DNA from: a virus
DNA: 28,282 nucleotides
Reading direction: 5' to 3' (one strand)
IMG/VR virus record: IMGVR_UViG_3300045996_002184
In this document: positions 1 through 10,299 of the stretch, in pieces
Layout of the letters: the number at the start of each line of letters is the position of its first letter
Numbering within the stretch: the stretch's first letter is position 1
Notes under the pieces: generated by a model
Seen by the model: only the letters and a program-made list of their open reading frames with translations
Told to the model about the DNA's origin: nothing
Database searches by the model: none
Program-made: the position numbers and the translations under genes

Positions 1-749
1 CTGAATGCGTCCCCGGTCTGTCCCATGACAGGTGGCTCAAATACGCGGTCTTCCACGAACTCAGGCTCCTGGTACTTTTTCATACCGGTGAATTCATCCA
101 CCTCGTAGTCGTAACGGTCCACTTTCTTGATACCGCCGTCTGCTTCCGAGTCCTTCACAAATTTCTTCGTGATCTCGTTGGACACTTTGTATACCACGAG
201 CAGTCCTTCTTGTGTGATCGCTACCTGTTTGGTAGTAGCGCGCGCCCTGGCTACCTCTTCAGACAGTCCTTTCTTACTGACAAGCTCAGCGACCTTCTGG
301 TCATTGGTATAGTCAGCGTCGATGTAGGCTGCAAACAGGCTCGCTTTATGGGCACTGTAATTCGGATTGCGAAGAAAACGTACCCAGCACTTGATCAGCG
401 GCTTGATATCGACATTCTTTTCTACCGACTTCAGGATCCTGTCGGCAAATGGCCGCGGGAGCGGGTGAGACGATACCGTGCTGCCGTATTTCAGGAAGAA
501 CTGGTTGGTGTGCTTGTTAACTACGATGTAAGGACAGATGCTTTCGGTAAGCTCCTTATAGCTCTCTTCGGTCAGAGGTTTGAACTCCTCGATGATAGCT
601 TTAAGCTCGTCCACGGTTTGGGCTTTATTAGACTTCGTCTGTAAGTCCAACATCATCTGGTATTTCTGCTCATCAAAGCTGACACCAAACTGCTCACCGT
701 TTACTGAACCGGTGATATTATCACCGATGACATTTACAATGATCATCAT
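1..749 (-). CDS. rIIB-like protein (partial, runs off window start)
   Basis: Not in the ORF track. Manual translation from ATG at 749 stays open to base 1: MMIIVNVIGDNITGSVNGEQF...PLIKCWVRFLRNPNYS...VAITQEGLLVVYKVS..., resembling rIIB motifs (F-L-x-N-P; IT-x-[DE]-G-x-x-x-x-YK). Lies directly downstream of the rIIA-like gene. Confidence 0.75.
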   Translation of the reverse strand, partial: MMIIVNVIGDNITGSVNGEQFGVSFDEQKYQMMLDLQTKSNKAQTVDELKAIIEEFKPLTEESYKELTESICPYIVVNKHTNQFFLKYGSTVSSHPLPRPFADRILKSVEKNVDIKPLIKCWVRFLRNPNYSAHKASLFAAYIDADYTNDQKVAELVSKKGLSEEVARARATTKQVAITQEGLLVVYKVSNEITKKFVKDSEADGGIKKVDRYDYEVDEFTGMKKYQEPEFVEDRVFEPPVMGQTGDAF

Positions 750-782
750 TGTACGGGTTTATTGATTATGAAATATTGTGTA

Positions 783-3725
783 CTAAACTGCTTCGGCCAT
801 AAGGGAAAGTTGCTCAATGGCAACTACCTCCTGCAGGTCTTCTTCCTTTCCCCAGTCAAGAAGTCCCTTGCTTTCAAGGTACATCTTTATCTCGGTTTCG
901 ATGTGCTCCGGTATCTGGTAAACCTGCCTGTATATTCCTTTACTGTAAGTAGCAGGCGGAATACCAGTTTGATACCCGGTGAGTATGTTCATGTAATTGA
1001 GCATCTCTCCACACGCGTTACCAAATTCCAGGCAATCCTGCATGGTCTTCATCATAACAGGATCCACTGCCATACCGTCTTTGAGTTCCCTGTTACCGAA
1101 TAGCTCGTTAGCCAGGGCAGCGATCGCTACCGGGTCACCTTGCTTTTGAGAAACGAAGTCCTGGAAGCGCTTCACATTATCCAGGTGTTGTACCAGGTCC
1201 TCGTAGGAATTATCCGTCAGACCGTAGAAACCTTTGTCCTTGAACTCAGCTACCTCGCGGTAATTAGTCTGGACATACTTGATCAGGCTATGGTACTTAT
1301 CCCTGAACAGCGGATTGAACTGGCCAAAATTATAAAGGAAGGCAATCGATACCAGTTTATCGTGTATCAGTCTTGCCGTGTTCCACCGGATAAGTACGTT
1401 ACTCATGGTGATCGTTTTATCTTTTATCTGTACGAAAAATTGCTGGATCGGTTTGAAGTCCCGGATGTACTTCTGATTGGACCGGGAAGTCTTTATGAGC
1501 ATGATCTCACGATTGTCAAAGAAATGCTGTAACCGATAGGCTTCCGGACCGTAAGTTTTGTAATTCAGAATCCTGTCCTTATTCAACCGGTACCATTTCT
1601 TCTCTTGCCAAACATCTAATTCATAGATATAATGCTTGAGATTATTGTCATAGTTATTAACTCTCGGATCGCTATGCACCCATCGATGTGGTTTCGCTGG
1701 TTCATTCCCAAAGTAAGGATCGCGGGTGAGCATTGCAGCCAGGTGCATGATATCATCCTCGCCATCCTGGCCGTAATAGATCTCTTCAGCCTCAAAGTCA
1801 TTGATATCCCTGATCGGTACTTCAAGCTTTGCCATTTCGTATACACGTTCTTCCAGTACAAGACCACCATTACCGTCATCTTTATTTGAGGTAACTGTAC
1901 CGCCCTCAGTTGGACGTGGGGTATACATCAGTATCTTTCCTTCCAGCTTGCGGCGTTCGTCTGAGGTTTGTTTTGCAACTTTCTGTTGCACTTCTTCTTC
2001 CTCAGTCTTGGCTTCCTCGACTTCTTCTTCGTCCTCGTTGGCTTTGAAATCTTCCGGTACCTCTACCTCTTCGTAAAACCTGGTCTCAGCTGATTCTTTA
2101 ACGTACTCCCAGATCTCTTGCGGAGAAGCGCGCCTGGTCTTTTCTTCAGCTGTTTCTTTAGCACGGGAAGCTTTCATCTTCTCGATGAGTTCATCTTCCA
2201 TGCCGGCAAGTATCATCTTTTCTTCTGTATCCAACGGTGCATGGCAAAGGAAAAATCCTTGAGGAAATAGAGAAAGCAGGTACTTATCCTTCCGGTTAAA
2301 CGCCTTATCTCCTTCGTTCAGAAGGAATATCGGCAGTTCAAAATTCTGCCGATGCTTCTGACCGTCCAATCTCTTTACTTTCCTTTTCTTGGTACCAGCC
2401 TTGTATTCTTCTTCATAATGCACGTAGCGCACATAGAACTCAGAAAGCATATCAGCTTGGTAGAACCTGATCCGCTTATCCCTCATAAAGGAAGGCTTCA
2501 CCTGGCTCAGGTCTACGATGTTTGCCAACCGTGACAGGATCGTATTGCCACCTTTTTCAGAGTACCTACCGGAAACATTGTAACATTTGCGTATCCAGCG
2601 AATGAAATCTTTTTCCTGCAGCTCTTCCTGGATGAACTTGGTTGCGATATCCACTACATTCTTAAAGCGGAATTGTACCATTTGCTTGGTCTTCTCACTC
2701 CATATAATGGACTCACGGCTTGGATTAACCTCAACCTCCTCAGGCTGTACTTTGATACCGATGTTACCGATCTTATCCTCTAGCTCCAGTTCACTCCAGT
2801 CAATGTAACCGTAGTTGACCTTGTTCAGGAGTAAGTGAGGTTTTGAGTAATAGTTGTTATCACTCAAAATGATGTAATCATCTTCATACAGGACCGGTGC
2901 CTGGAAGTCAATACTTTCCTTTGTACCGTTTTCTTTAATCAACGTAAGATCGATGTTATCAAAGTAAAGCATCTGGCTCTTTACCGCATCGATGTACTGT
3001 TGTTTATGGTGCTTCTTCACCGTAATGGTAACACTCACACCATTCTTGCGAGTAGTGGGCTCTGAATAACAAACGTATTCATACTCCGTACCCTCGTTGA
3101 GAACATACTTCTTGTTGACGTGACCGGTATTGATATTCATCACCGGTATCAAACTATCAACGCTGTGGGAGTATACGTTGAACCGGAACAGTTCTCCGTT
3201 ATAAACACTTTCCACGGTATAGAAATCAACACCAACTGATAGTGGACTCTTGGCACCAATACCGAACTTACCCAGCGGCAGCTTACTCAACCGCTTGGTA
3301 GAGAAGCCCAGCTTGAAGTATCCGTTCAGTCTTTTGATGCTCATGCCCACACCATGATCCCTGACTATTACCTTGTCCTTTTCCAGTTTGGATCCTTCCT
3401 GGTAGGTGATCTCGGCCCGGTTGTTATTAGAAAGGTATTTCGGATCGTAGTAATTGATATCGAACTTGGAATCTTTGTATATCTCTCCTTCCCGCTCTTC
3501 AAACAGTTCTTCTACCTTGACTTCTCCTTTCAGGATACGTAAAGCAGCGGTCTTCTCAGATATACTGTCGATCGCGTTGGAGAGTATCTCTCTCACGGTA
3601 GACTTGATCGGATAAGTATACTGGTATTTCTGCAATGTATCCAGCATCAGGTCCATGGCACCCGGATCGATGGTCTTCATCATACCGGCTCCCATCTTCC
3701 GTTGCTGTTCTTCATGTATCGCCAT
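783..3725 (-). CDS. rIIA-like protein with N-terminal GHKL (HATPase_c) ATPase domain
   Basis: 980 aa. GHKL motifs VREILSNAIDS, VRDHGVGMS, FSTKR, GKFGIGAKS, NGVSV, plus the VNPSRESI motif typical of rIIA. Paired with a rIIB-like gene. Confidence 0.8.
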   Translation of the reverse strand: MAIHEEQQRKMGAGMMKTIDPGAMDLMLDTLQKYQYTYPIKSTVREILSNAIDSISEKTAALRILKGEVKVEELFEEREGEIYKDSKFDINYYDPKYLSNNNRAEITYQEGSKLEKDKVIVRDHGVGMSIKRLNGYFKLGFSTKRLSKLPLGKFGIGAKSPLSVGVDFYTVESVYNGELFRFNVYSHSVDSLIPVMNINTGHVNKKYVLNEGTEYEYVCYSEPTTRKNGVSVTITVKKHHKQQYIDAVKSQMLYFDNIDLTLIKENGTKESIDFQAPVLYEDDYIILSDNNYYSKPHLLLNKVNYGYIDWSELELEDKIGNIGIKVQPEEVEVNPSRESIIWSEKTKQMVQFRFKNVVDIATKFIQEELQEKDFIRWIRKCYNVSGRYSEKGGNTILSRLANIVDLSQVKPSFMRDKRIRFYQADMLSEFYVRYVHYEEEYKAGTKKRKVKRLDGQKHRQNFELPIFLLNEGDKAFNRKDKYLLSLFPQGFFLCHAPLDTEEKMILAGMEDELIEKMKASRAKETAEEKTRRASPQEIWEYVKESAETRFYEEVEVPEDFKANEDEEEVEEAKTEEEEVQQKVAKQTSDERRKLEGKILMYTPRPTEGGTVTSNKDDGNGGLVLEERVYEMAKLEVPIRDINDFEAEEIYYGQDGEDDIMHLAAMLTRDPYFGNEPAKPHRWVHSDPRVNNYDNNLKHYIYELDVWQEKKWYRLNKDRILNYKTYGPEAYRLQHFFDNREIMLIKTSRSNQKYIRDFKPIQQFFVQIKDKTITMSNVLIRWNTARLIHDKLVSIAFLYNFGQFNPLFRDKYHSLIKYVQTNYREVAEFKDKGFYGLTDNSYEDLVQHLDNVKRFQDFVSQKQGDPVAIAALANELFGNRELKDGMAVDPVMMKTMQDCLEFGNACGEMLNYMNILTGYQTGIPPATYSKGIYRQVYQIPEHIETEIKMYLESKGLLDWGKEEDLQEVVAIEQLSLMAEAV

Positions 3726-3729
3726 GATA

Positions 3730-3954
3730 TTAGTTTAGAATTTTTACACACTCGTTGAGGCATTCCAGGCTGACTGAGTAGCGGCGATCATTCATCATAA
3801 TGATCACATCTCGATCTGTTAGGTCATCGACCATCACCCTGGATACTATCCCGGATACCGGTGGGTAACCGGGTAAACTGATCGTTATTCTCTTTGCCCG
3901 GAACCGTCTTTTCAGCACCTGGTTTGCCTCTTGTTTACTGACCTTTGTTTTCAT
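3730..3954 (-). CDS. hypothetical protein (74 aa)
   Basis: Fills the gap between primase and rIIA; ATGA overlap with the primase stop. Confidence 0.75.
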   Translation of the reverse strand: MKTKVSKQEANQVLKRRFRAKRITISLPGYPPVSGIVSRVMVDDLTDRDVIIMMNDRRYSVSLECLNECVKILN

Positions 3955-4922
3955 ACTTCGGATATTAGTTGAGTAAGTAGCTCAGCAGTATGCATGGGCC
4001 CATTGACCTTGCAGTGATCGCTGATATCTTTTTCCCCGCCGAGTACATAGATCTTTTCAAATGGATACTCGTCACCCTTGTGCTTTCCATCGGTATCAAA
4101 CAGTACCAGGATCTTCTTGTACCTGGTTTTGAGGTATTCCAGGAAGCTTGAAGGAAGCATGATAGACTCTCCGCGTGGAGATACTGCCTCGTATCCAAAG
4201 GAACGAAGACACATAACATCCTTCATCGCTTTGGTTATGATGCAGAGGTCCCGGTCATACTTCAGTTGTAGGTAACCCGGAATACAGGAATCAATCCAGT
4301 TGTTGCGGAACTTATCCTTCTTTGGTGCGTGTGGGAAATAAAGCTGGTACTTGTCCCAGATCTGGTAAGCATACCCGAGTCCTTTGGGATAAGAGGGATT
4401 CTTCTGATCCTTCGATATCCAGTAGTGCTTGATAGACTTTACGAAGTAGTCGCCTAAGATCTCTTTGCTTACATTGAACTGTCGCCAGTAAGCGTAGTCT
4501 CTTTCGGTGAAGGGTTTGGAACAGATGTCGATATCAACCGGATCTGCAAACCTTGGCTCAATTATTTTGTACCGCGGCACAGAAATATCGGTCTCTCCTG
4601 AGATACCGAAATCAGCCAGTACTTTTCTGAACGCTTCGAACTTGGTCTCAAATCCGAAGAGTATCTGTACGAGTTTAAAAATGTTACCACCCTTGTTTGC
4701 GGCGTGATCCTTCCATACGTATTCGTGGTTACCAAACTTGCGTGTCTTGGCCTCGTAGATACCGAAGGAAGGATTGTCGTCAGGGTCTTTATCCAGGGCC
4801 TGGCGTATGGGGGATTTGTACCGCCCGCCGATCAAGGGTTCAAAGCCAAGATAATGACAATAGAGCGTGTACTCGTCTACACGCTCTAATATGTCTTCAT
4901 CCTGGAATAGGGTATATTCCAT
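3951..4922 (-). CDS. DNA primase, DnaG-like (crAss-type: degenerate Zn-binding region plus Toprim)
   Basis: N-terminal YKSPIR...NPSF...WKDH...GGNIF (CHC2-like without Cys). Toprim region IITKAMKDVMCL...GES...VLFDTD...KDISD. Replication-module context. Confidence 0.8.
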   Translation of the reverse strand: MEYTLFQDEDILERVDEYTLYCHYLGFEPLIGGRYKSPIRQALDKDPDDNPSFGIYEAKTRKFGNHEYVWKDHAANKGGNIFKLVQILFGFETKFEAFRKVLADFGISGETDISVPRYKIIEPRFADPVDIDICSKPFTERDYAYWRQFNVSKEILGDYFVKSIKHYWISKDQKNPSYPKGLGYAYQIWDKYQLYFPHAPKKDKFRNNWIDSCIPGYLQLKYDRDLCIITKAMKDVMCLRSFGYEAVSPRGESIMLPSSFLEYLKTRYKKILVLFDTDGKHKGDEYPFEKIYVLGGEKDISDHCKVNGPMHTAELLTQLISEV

Positions 4923-4932
4923 GATTTAAGGT

Positions 4933-5637
4933 TTATCCGAACACTGATTGCACTGTTGCCGGAGCCTGCGCAGCTCCTTTGGAGTCTGCAGATTCACGAG
5001 ATGCCGGCGTACCATTGTCAAGGCCCTGACTCTTTTCGTAGTCATTGAACTTGAGCTTGGATTGATCCTTCGGTATTGTCATGGATTCCCACATCGGGTT
5101 ATCGTCCAGGAAGCGCTTACGGAAGGTAGCATAGTGTTTGTCTTTGCTTTGACGCACCAGGAGCAGCCTGAAGACCTGATCCTTCTTATCGAGGAAAGGT
5201 CTTACCTGGCCGAGGAACTGGTTACACAGGTTCTTGTGTATGTGCGCCAGTCCTTCTTTACTCAGGATCTTCTGAGCAAAGTTTTCTCGGCTGATATCAA
5301 GGCCAGCATACGGATCGAACTTGATGTCATCTGTCGGCATGTATCCCATGAGCAGATGACGCAGGATCCCTTTTGTACCATTGATATCGCCCACCGCCCG
5401 GTCGATCTTCTTTTCTTCCGTCAGATCGCTGTCCTCTTTTGGCGGTGAAGGTGGGAAGATCCGAACATTGAACTCGTTCGTCTCTTTTTCGATCACCTCG
5501 CTGGCCCCGAGGGCTGCAAAGGGATCGTACACCTTTTCTTCTTTTCCTGCCTCTTTGAAAATGAGAGAGAGCGTATCCTTTTCGTCCAGACTTGCGTTGA
5601 ACAGGTATATGTTCTCATTGACTCCAACTCCTATCAT
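4933..5637 (-). CDS. hypothetical protein, possible ssDNA-binding protein
   Basis: 234 aa between the Sak4-like ATPase and primase, with a flexible C-terminal tail ending in VFG. The function is inferred from position only. Confidence 0.4.
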   Translation of the reverse strand: MIGVGVNENIYLFNASLDEKDTLSLIFKEAGKEEKVYDPFAALGASEVIEKETNEFNVRIFPPSPPKEDSDLTEEKKIDRAVGDINGTKGILRHLLMGYMPTDDIKFDPYAGLDISRENFAQKILSKEGLAHIHKNLCNQFLGQVRPFLDKKDQVFRLLLVRQSKDKHYATFRKRFLDDNPMWESMTIPKDQSKLKFNDYEKSQGLDNGTPASRESADSKGAAQAPATVQSVFG

Positions 5638-5653
5638 AATTATTGTTTTTGAA

Positions 5654-5680
5654 GTTCCTTAAAATGGGTTAGTAAGGAAC
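5654..5680 (-). promoter_or_regulatory. intergenic hairpin in the leader of ORF 4933..5637
   Basis: GTTCCTTA-CTAACCCATTT-TAAGGAAC, a perfect 8-bp stem ending 16 nt before the ATG. Confidence 0.4.
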
Positions 5681-5687
5681 CAGGGTT

Positions 5688-6512
5688 TTAAGCTTCTGTC
5701 GCCTCTAGTGCAGCGGTCGTTACACCACGCTCAGGAGTTTTCTCCTCCAAAGTGGTAGCTGCCGCGTCAGAGATACCGGCGAGTTCCAGTGGAAGGAAAC
5801 CATACACCGGTACTTTCTCCCTGCGTACATAATCGCTCTTGCCTTTGTCGGCACCGCGCATGATACGCTTAGGAAAGAACATGACCGGTTGGCTGAACTT
5901 CTCGTTGAAATCGATCTTCTCACCTTCTACCGTGATCTCTTTTAAGATCACCATATCAACGTAAGGCTTTTCGTCGTTGAGTTCGATACCATAAATGTCC
6001 TTGATAGCCGGAACCAGGATTTCTGAGCCGAACGTCGCTGCTCCCTGATCCATAACCGATGAACCTTTACCATTGTCGTCATAAACAGTAGATGCGAACA
6101 GGTCAACCTTGCCGGCATTCTTTGATACCGGGGAAATGAAGATCAGGTTACCTTCACCTTTGTAATTGGCCCAGGTACGTGAATCGATCACATCAAAACC
6201 GTTACCTACTTCACCGTCTACGCTGGACTTCCTGCGCTTGTGCGCTTCCTTGGCTTCCTTCTTGATCTTACCATCGGTACCCATTACTGCAGGCTGCGCC
6301 GGGACATCTTCCCAGGTGATCACTGCATCACGGTATTCCAGACTGAACATATCAACTGCGGCCTGTGATGGAAACACGCTACCATCCTTGAACACCCGGA
6401 TAGCTACCAGGGTAGGATTGGGATTACGTTGTTTGCGCGGGCCACCTGATTTACCCTTCTCAGGGGTTACTTCCGTAACTTTTGCTCCCTTCAAAAAACT
6501 GAGTACACTCAT
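5688..6512 (-). CDS. hypothetical protein (274 aa)
   Basis: Long ORF with an A-rich leader inside the replication module; no motif recognised. Confidence 0.85.
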   Translation of the reverse strand: MSVLSFLKGAKVTEVTPEKGKSGGPRKQRNPNPTLVAIRVFKDGSVFPSQAAVDMFSLEYRDAVITWEDVPAQPAVMGTDGKIKKEAKEAHKRRKSSVDGEVGNGFDVIDSRTWANYKGEGNLIFISPVSKNAGKVDLFASTVYDDNGKGSSVMDQGAATFGSEILVPAIKDIYGIELNDEKPYVDMVILKEITVEGEKIDFNEKFSQPVMFFPKRIMRGADKGKSDYVRREKVPVYGFLPLELAGISDAAATTLEEKTPERGVTTAALEATEA

Positions 6513-6560
6513 CTTCTTTGTTTGAAATTGTGAAAAATAGAAAAGCTACTTGTGAGGCCG

Positions 6561-7334
6561 TTAGCTCTCCGGGATGAAGATCTTATCCCATGAGAACTCA
6601 AATCTCTTACCGGCCAGATGCGGAAAACGTGCACCCATTACTGTGCTTTCCTGGGTCTCGAAACTCACCATCAAAGGTTTATTCTGTTCCCGGTACATAT
6701 AGCCAATGGCATCCACCTTTGCGGCTATAATGGAACCTAATTTACCAGTGAGCGAGATATCCTTAACCGACACATCAACGCCGCCTTTGTTAAGGAGTTT
6801 CTCTTTTACGTGAGCCACCAGTATGAGGTGTTGACAAAGAACAGAAAGCTTATCTATCCACCCGGTAAGTTCTTTACGCAAGTGATAGTAGCCCCCGCCG
6901 TTTGGCAGTTCCAGTACTGATGAACCAGTGAAAGTTTTTCCGATGGCACTCTGCTTGTACCCTGCTGTTGCGCTCACCTCACACATGTCTTCCAGCAAAT
7001 CGAGCGTATCCACGGTGATGAACTTATACGGGAACCGAAGCTTTTCCCCTGAGGCTTTCTGCCGGGCTGCTTCAGCGTACATTGCGTTGACAAAGCCTTC
7101 CAGGGAAGTAGAAACTACCTGCCCATCTTTTTCAACATTTGGTCCTGAGATGCTGTTTATCTTCAGCTTCAGGGCCTCGTACATTTCTGTCCCACCTTCC
7201 GTATCTAAGATGAGATTATCTTCAAGTTCGGTAAGTACCTTGGTCTTTCCGACCTTCGGCATACCGTAAAACATTATGAGCTTTGGATTGGTCCGGGTTA
7301 TTGGTTGTTTCCCTGAGGGAAGAATGTTTGACAT
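6561..7334 (-). CDS. AAA_24 / Sak4-like ATPase (putative single-strand annealing recombinase)
   Basis: YGMPKVGKT Walker A, LILDTEGG, ITVDTLD Walker B, ILVAH, and VDAIGY motif. Confidence 0.8.
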   Translation of the reverse strand: MSNILPSGKQPITRTNPKLIMFYGMPKVGKTKVLTELEDNLILDTEGGTEMYEALKLKINSISGPNVEKDGQVVSTSLEGFVNAMYAEAARQKASGEKLRFPYKFITVDTLDLLEDMCEVSATAGYKQSAIGKTFTGSSVLELPNGGGYYHLRKELTGWIDKLSVLCQHLILVAHVKEKLLNKGGVDVSVKDISLTGKLGSIIAAKVDAIGYMYREQNKPLMVSFETQESTVMGARFPHLAGKRFEFSWDKIFIPES

Positions 7335-8566
7335 ATTTGTTCAATTTCTTGTGCTTTTTTAATCCAGCCTGCCATTGCCGGGTCTTTGGGTTCCGTTGGC
7401 AGGTCGTATACTGTTCCGGTTACTCCGTCGATAAAGAGCGGTAACAACCGGTTAGAAGGTCCGAACCTGTTTTTCATCAGGTAAAACGCTACGAAGCATT
7501 CTCCCAGTCCCGTTGACTTGGAAATATCCAGGCCATGGAACGTATTCATATCCTTTTGAGGCTTCACTCCACCGAGTACCACGTCTGCGTCCCGGTAAGT
7601 TGCCTTTGAGTCACCGAAGTCCAGTCGTTGCGGAGCAATAACCGATTCGGTCTTCTTACCGGCCAGGCCCCGGTATGTAGCCATCATGTCTGTTGAAAAT
7701 TGCTGGATGAAAACTCCTGTGCAACGGAAGATGTTACGAAGTACGATCATGTACTTACTCATCTTATCCATCGCACCTTTGGTATCCAGTTGTCTTTCGT
7801 GACCTATCAGGGCCAGGTGATCTATCACAAGAATGGTAACCATCGTGGGATCCTTTTCTGTATATCCCTTGACGTAACCTTTCTTGCCCTTCTTTGAATC
7901 TTCTTCAGATACCGGTGAACGGTCAACGGTACCATACTCTTCGAAATGATGGACCATCGAGTCGAAGATCGCGGTAGGATGTACCGTATCCTCAAGCACT
8001 TTGATATCTTCCATCATTTTCTGGATCTCGGAATAGGCGTGAAGGATCATTTTACGGTGTTGATCGCCGGGTAAATTTCCCTTGATCCTGCCTTGAATGT
8101 AATCGCTGGGGAGCCTTATTCCGTAGAGGATAAAGATATAATAACTGGTCCAGCGGAACAATTTTTCAAGCTTGGAAATCTCGAATGAACAGTAGAAAAT
8201 TTTGATCTTTCTGCCTTCCAGTTTTGCACTTCTCCAGGTATTGAAAATGAACATGAAATCGGCGATAGTGGTCTTACCCACGCCACTTTCAGCACCGATC
8301 AGGTAGTACCTGGCTTTGTGAGTTCCGTATATGTACCTATTGATATGGGTAAGACCATTACTAAGGCCGGTTTCCTGTCCTGAAATACCACGGCGAAGCT
8401 GGGCCAGGTAGGGATCGGTATCTTCCTTAACAGATTGCTTCATCGATTCCCAGATACCCGGATCTACACCTTCTGGTGCATCCCCTAAGTTGTGATCGTC
8501 CAGTATTTCACCGGTATCGATATCTATCAGGGCGTCATCCGAATTTGTACTGTTCAGGGTCGTCAT
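7298..8566 (-). CDS. DnaB-like replicative helicase (SF4)
   Basis: GAESGVGKTT Walker A, SFEIS (H1a), LVIDHL (H2), IQQF (H3), ADVV and KNRFGP (H4). Confidence 0.85.
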   Translation of the reverse strand: MTTLNSTNSDDALIDIDTGEILDDHNLGDAPEGVDPGIWESMKQSVKEDTDPYLAQLRRGISGQETGLSNGLTHINRYIYGTHKARYYLIGAESGVGKTTIADFMFIFNTWRSAKLEGRKIKIFYCSFEISKLEKLFRWTSYYIFILYGIRLPSDYIQGRIKGNLPGDQHRKMILHAYSEIQKMMEDIKVLEDTVHPTAIFDSMVHHFEEYGTVDRSPVSEEDSKKGKKGYVKGYTEKDPTMVTILVIDHLALIGHERQLDTKGAMDKMSKYMIVLRNIFRCTGVFIQQFSTDMMATYRGLAGKKTESVIAPQRLDFGDSKATYRDADVVLGGVKPQKDMNTFHGLDISKSTGLGECFVAFYLMKNRFGPSNRLLPLFIDGVTGTVYDLPTEPKDPAMAGWIKKAQEIEQICQTFFPQGNNQ

Positions 8567-9074
8567 TTTTCAGCTGGGTTTGAATGTGATCTTTTAATTC
8601 CGTTTCACCGCTATCGGCCATAGACTTCAGGGCTTCATAGTCACTGCGCCAGTCACCTTGTACAAAGTAGTTGCTGATCGCTTTTTTGAAGCGTACACCA
8701 CTTTTGTAGTAAAGCATGGTACTTTTGACCAGGATACTCAAATCCACTCCTGATTCGATTGCCTTACGGAATACCTTCATGGCAGGTTCGGAATACTTGT
8801 TGGCGTAATAACTCTCGCCACGCGCTCCTTCCAACCTGCTGGGCACTTGCGCTGCCCGGATGAACTCCATGAACATATTAGGCCACTTGTCTGCATCAAC
8901 TACCGTAGTGATGATCTTATTTTCCACTACTGCAATTGCAGTCTCCACGGTAAGTTGCGCACTCATGGAACGCTTGGCATCCTGCTGGAAGGTTTCGGAA
9001 AGCACATACTTTCCTTTACTCACCATCAGGTAGCGATTTTCGCGCAAGTATTTGAGAACTTCTTTAAGATCCAT
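8535..9074 (-). CDS. hypothetical protein (179 aa) overlapping the dnaB-like gene
   Basis: Overlaps both neighbours; no motif recognised. Confidence 0.8.
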   Translation of the reverse strand: MDLKEVLKYLRENRYLMVSKGKYVLSETFQQDAKRSMSAQLTVETAIAVVENKIITTVVDADKWPNMFMEFIRAAQVPSRLEGARGESYYANKYSEPAMKVFRKAIESGVDLSILVKSTMLYYKSGVRFKKAISNYFVQGDWRSDYEALKSMADSGETELKDHIQTQLKNDDPEQYKFG

Positions 9075-10299
9075 TGAGTACCTCCTGTACAGTTGAAAGT
9101 TCTGGTTTCGGTACCGCCATAAGATATTCCTTGATGCGTTCTTTATTGAACATCTTGAATGCCTCGCGGTACCATTTCTCGTCAGCCGTCTTGCGGGCTA
9201 CCAGGATCACGATCTGGGCTTTATGGTTGGGTCTCCAGCGTACGTTCCTTCCGATCCGCTGGATAGCATCCCGCTCGTTAGATGAGAGCTGCACGATGAG
9301 TGACTGGTCCAGATCCTCGATATTCTTTCCCTCGTTGAGTGCGTTCACTACACCGAGAAAATGGATCTGTTTTTCCTTGAACTGGATAAGCTTTTCATCT
9401 CCCGTCTGGGAATGATACACCCATTCGCCACAGAGTCTCTGGGATTGTTCGATACCGCCGCAAAATACAAGCGTACGGTTCGTTTCCTTTATCATGTGGC
9501 TCATGATCTCTTTGGCCAGGCGTTCCTTGGAACGAAGATTACGAAGCAGCTGGGTACGTTTCTGTATCCAGATGAACTTGGCCCCCTCGTTCTTTGCCAT
9601 GGCCATACGCTGCATCATCTTGGTCAGGTACATGTACTGGGAAGCCTCCGTTGTCTTGAATGGTGTGTTCTTACTGCCACCATCCAGGTACTTTTCTTCC
9701 GTATCCAGGTCGAACATGATCACCTTTACCTCGAAGTCAGCGACCAGGCCCAGCTCGATAGCTTCTTCCAGCGTTACTTTGAATACCGATGGGCAGATGG
9801 TATCGAGGATGAGTTTCTTATCCCGGTCGTTGTCGTTCTTGGTACCCTTCGGCAGCGTAGCGGTAAGTCCTAGCGTACGAAACACTTTGTTATTGCGGAA
9901 GAAAGCTGAGTTGGCCGGCGTGGCGTGATGACATTCATCCCATACGAGTAGATCGATCTCCTCATCTCTCACTTTATCCATACTCACATGACAGATACGG
10001 ATCACTTTATCCTTCAGGTGTCCGTATCCCCATTTCTCAAACTCACTTGGCCACTCATCATCGCGTAAGGTTTCAGTCGGTGCCGCAACATAGACCCGGG
10101 CATTAGGATTGACTTCCAACTCATGAGCTGCAGCCATTACACCGACCCTGGACTTACCCACACCCGTAGCACCTTCGAAAGTACCCCGGTACTGGTTTTC
10201 CCGCCAGGCTTTCAGCGCCTCATCTTGTACCCAGGTCTTTATATCAGCAGGAGTCATGGTAGCTACCATCTCCTGCATCTCTTCATGCGTTAGGTTCAT
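9064..10299 (-). CDS. superfamily 2 helicase (DExH, UvsW/ResIII-like)
   Basis: GATGVGKS, VAAPTETL, DECHH, GLTAT, LNEGKNI, QRIGRNVR. Start placed at 10299 (ATGA overlap with the upstream stop) rather than 10335. Confidence 0.88.
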   Translation of the reverse strand: MNLTHEEMQEMVATMTPADIKTWVQDEALKAWRENQYRGTFEGATGVGKSRVGVMAAAHELEVNPNARVYVAAPTETLRDDEWPSEFEKWGYGHLKDKVIRICHVSMDKVRDEEIDLLVWDECHHATPANSAFFRNNKVFRTLGLTATLPKGTKNDNDRDKKLILDTICPSVFKVTLEEAIELGLVADFEVKVIMFDLDTEEKYLDGGSKNTPFKTTEASQYMYLTKMMQRMAMAKNEGAKFIWIQKRTQLLRNLRSKERLAKEIMSHMIKETNRTLVFCGGIEQSQRLCGEWVYHSQTGDEKLIQFKEKQIHFLGVVNALNEGKNIEDLDQSLIVQLSSNERDAIQRIGRNVRWRPNHKAQIVILVARKTADEKWYREAFKMFNKERIKEYLMAVPKPELSTVQEVLNGS

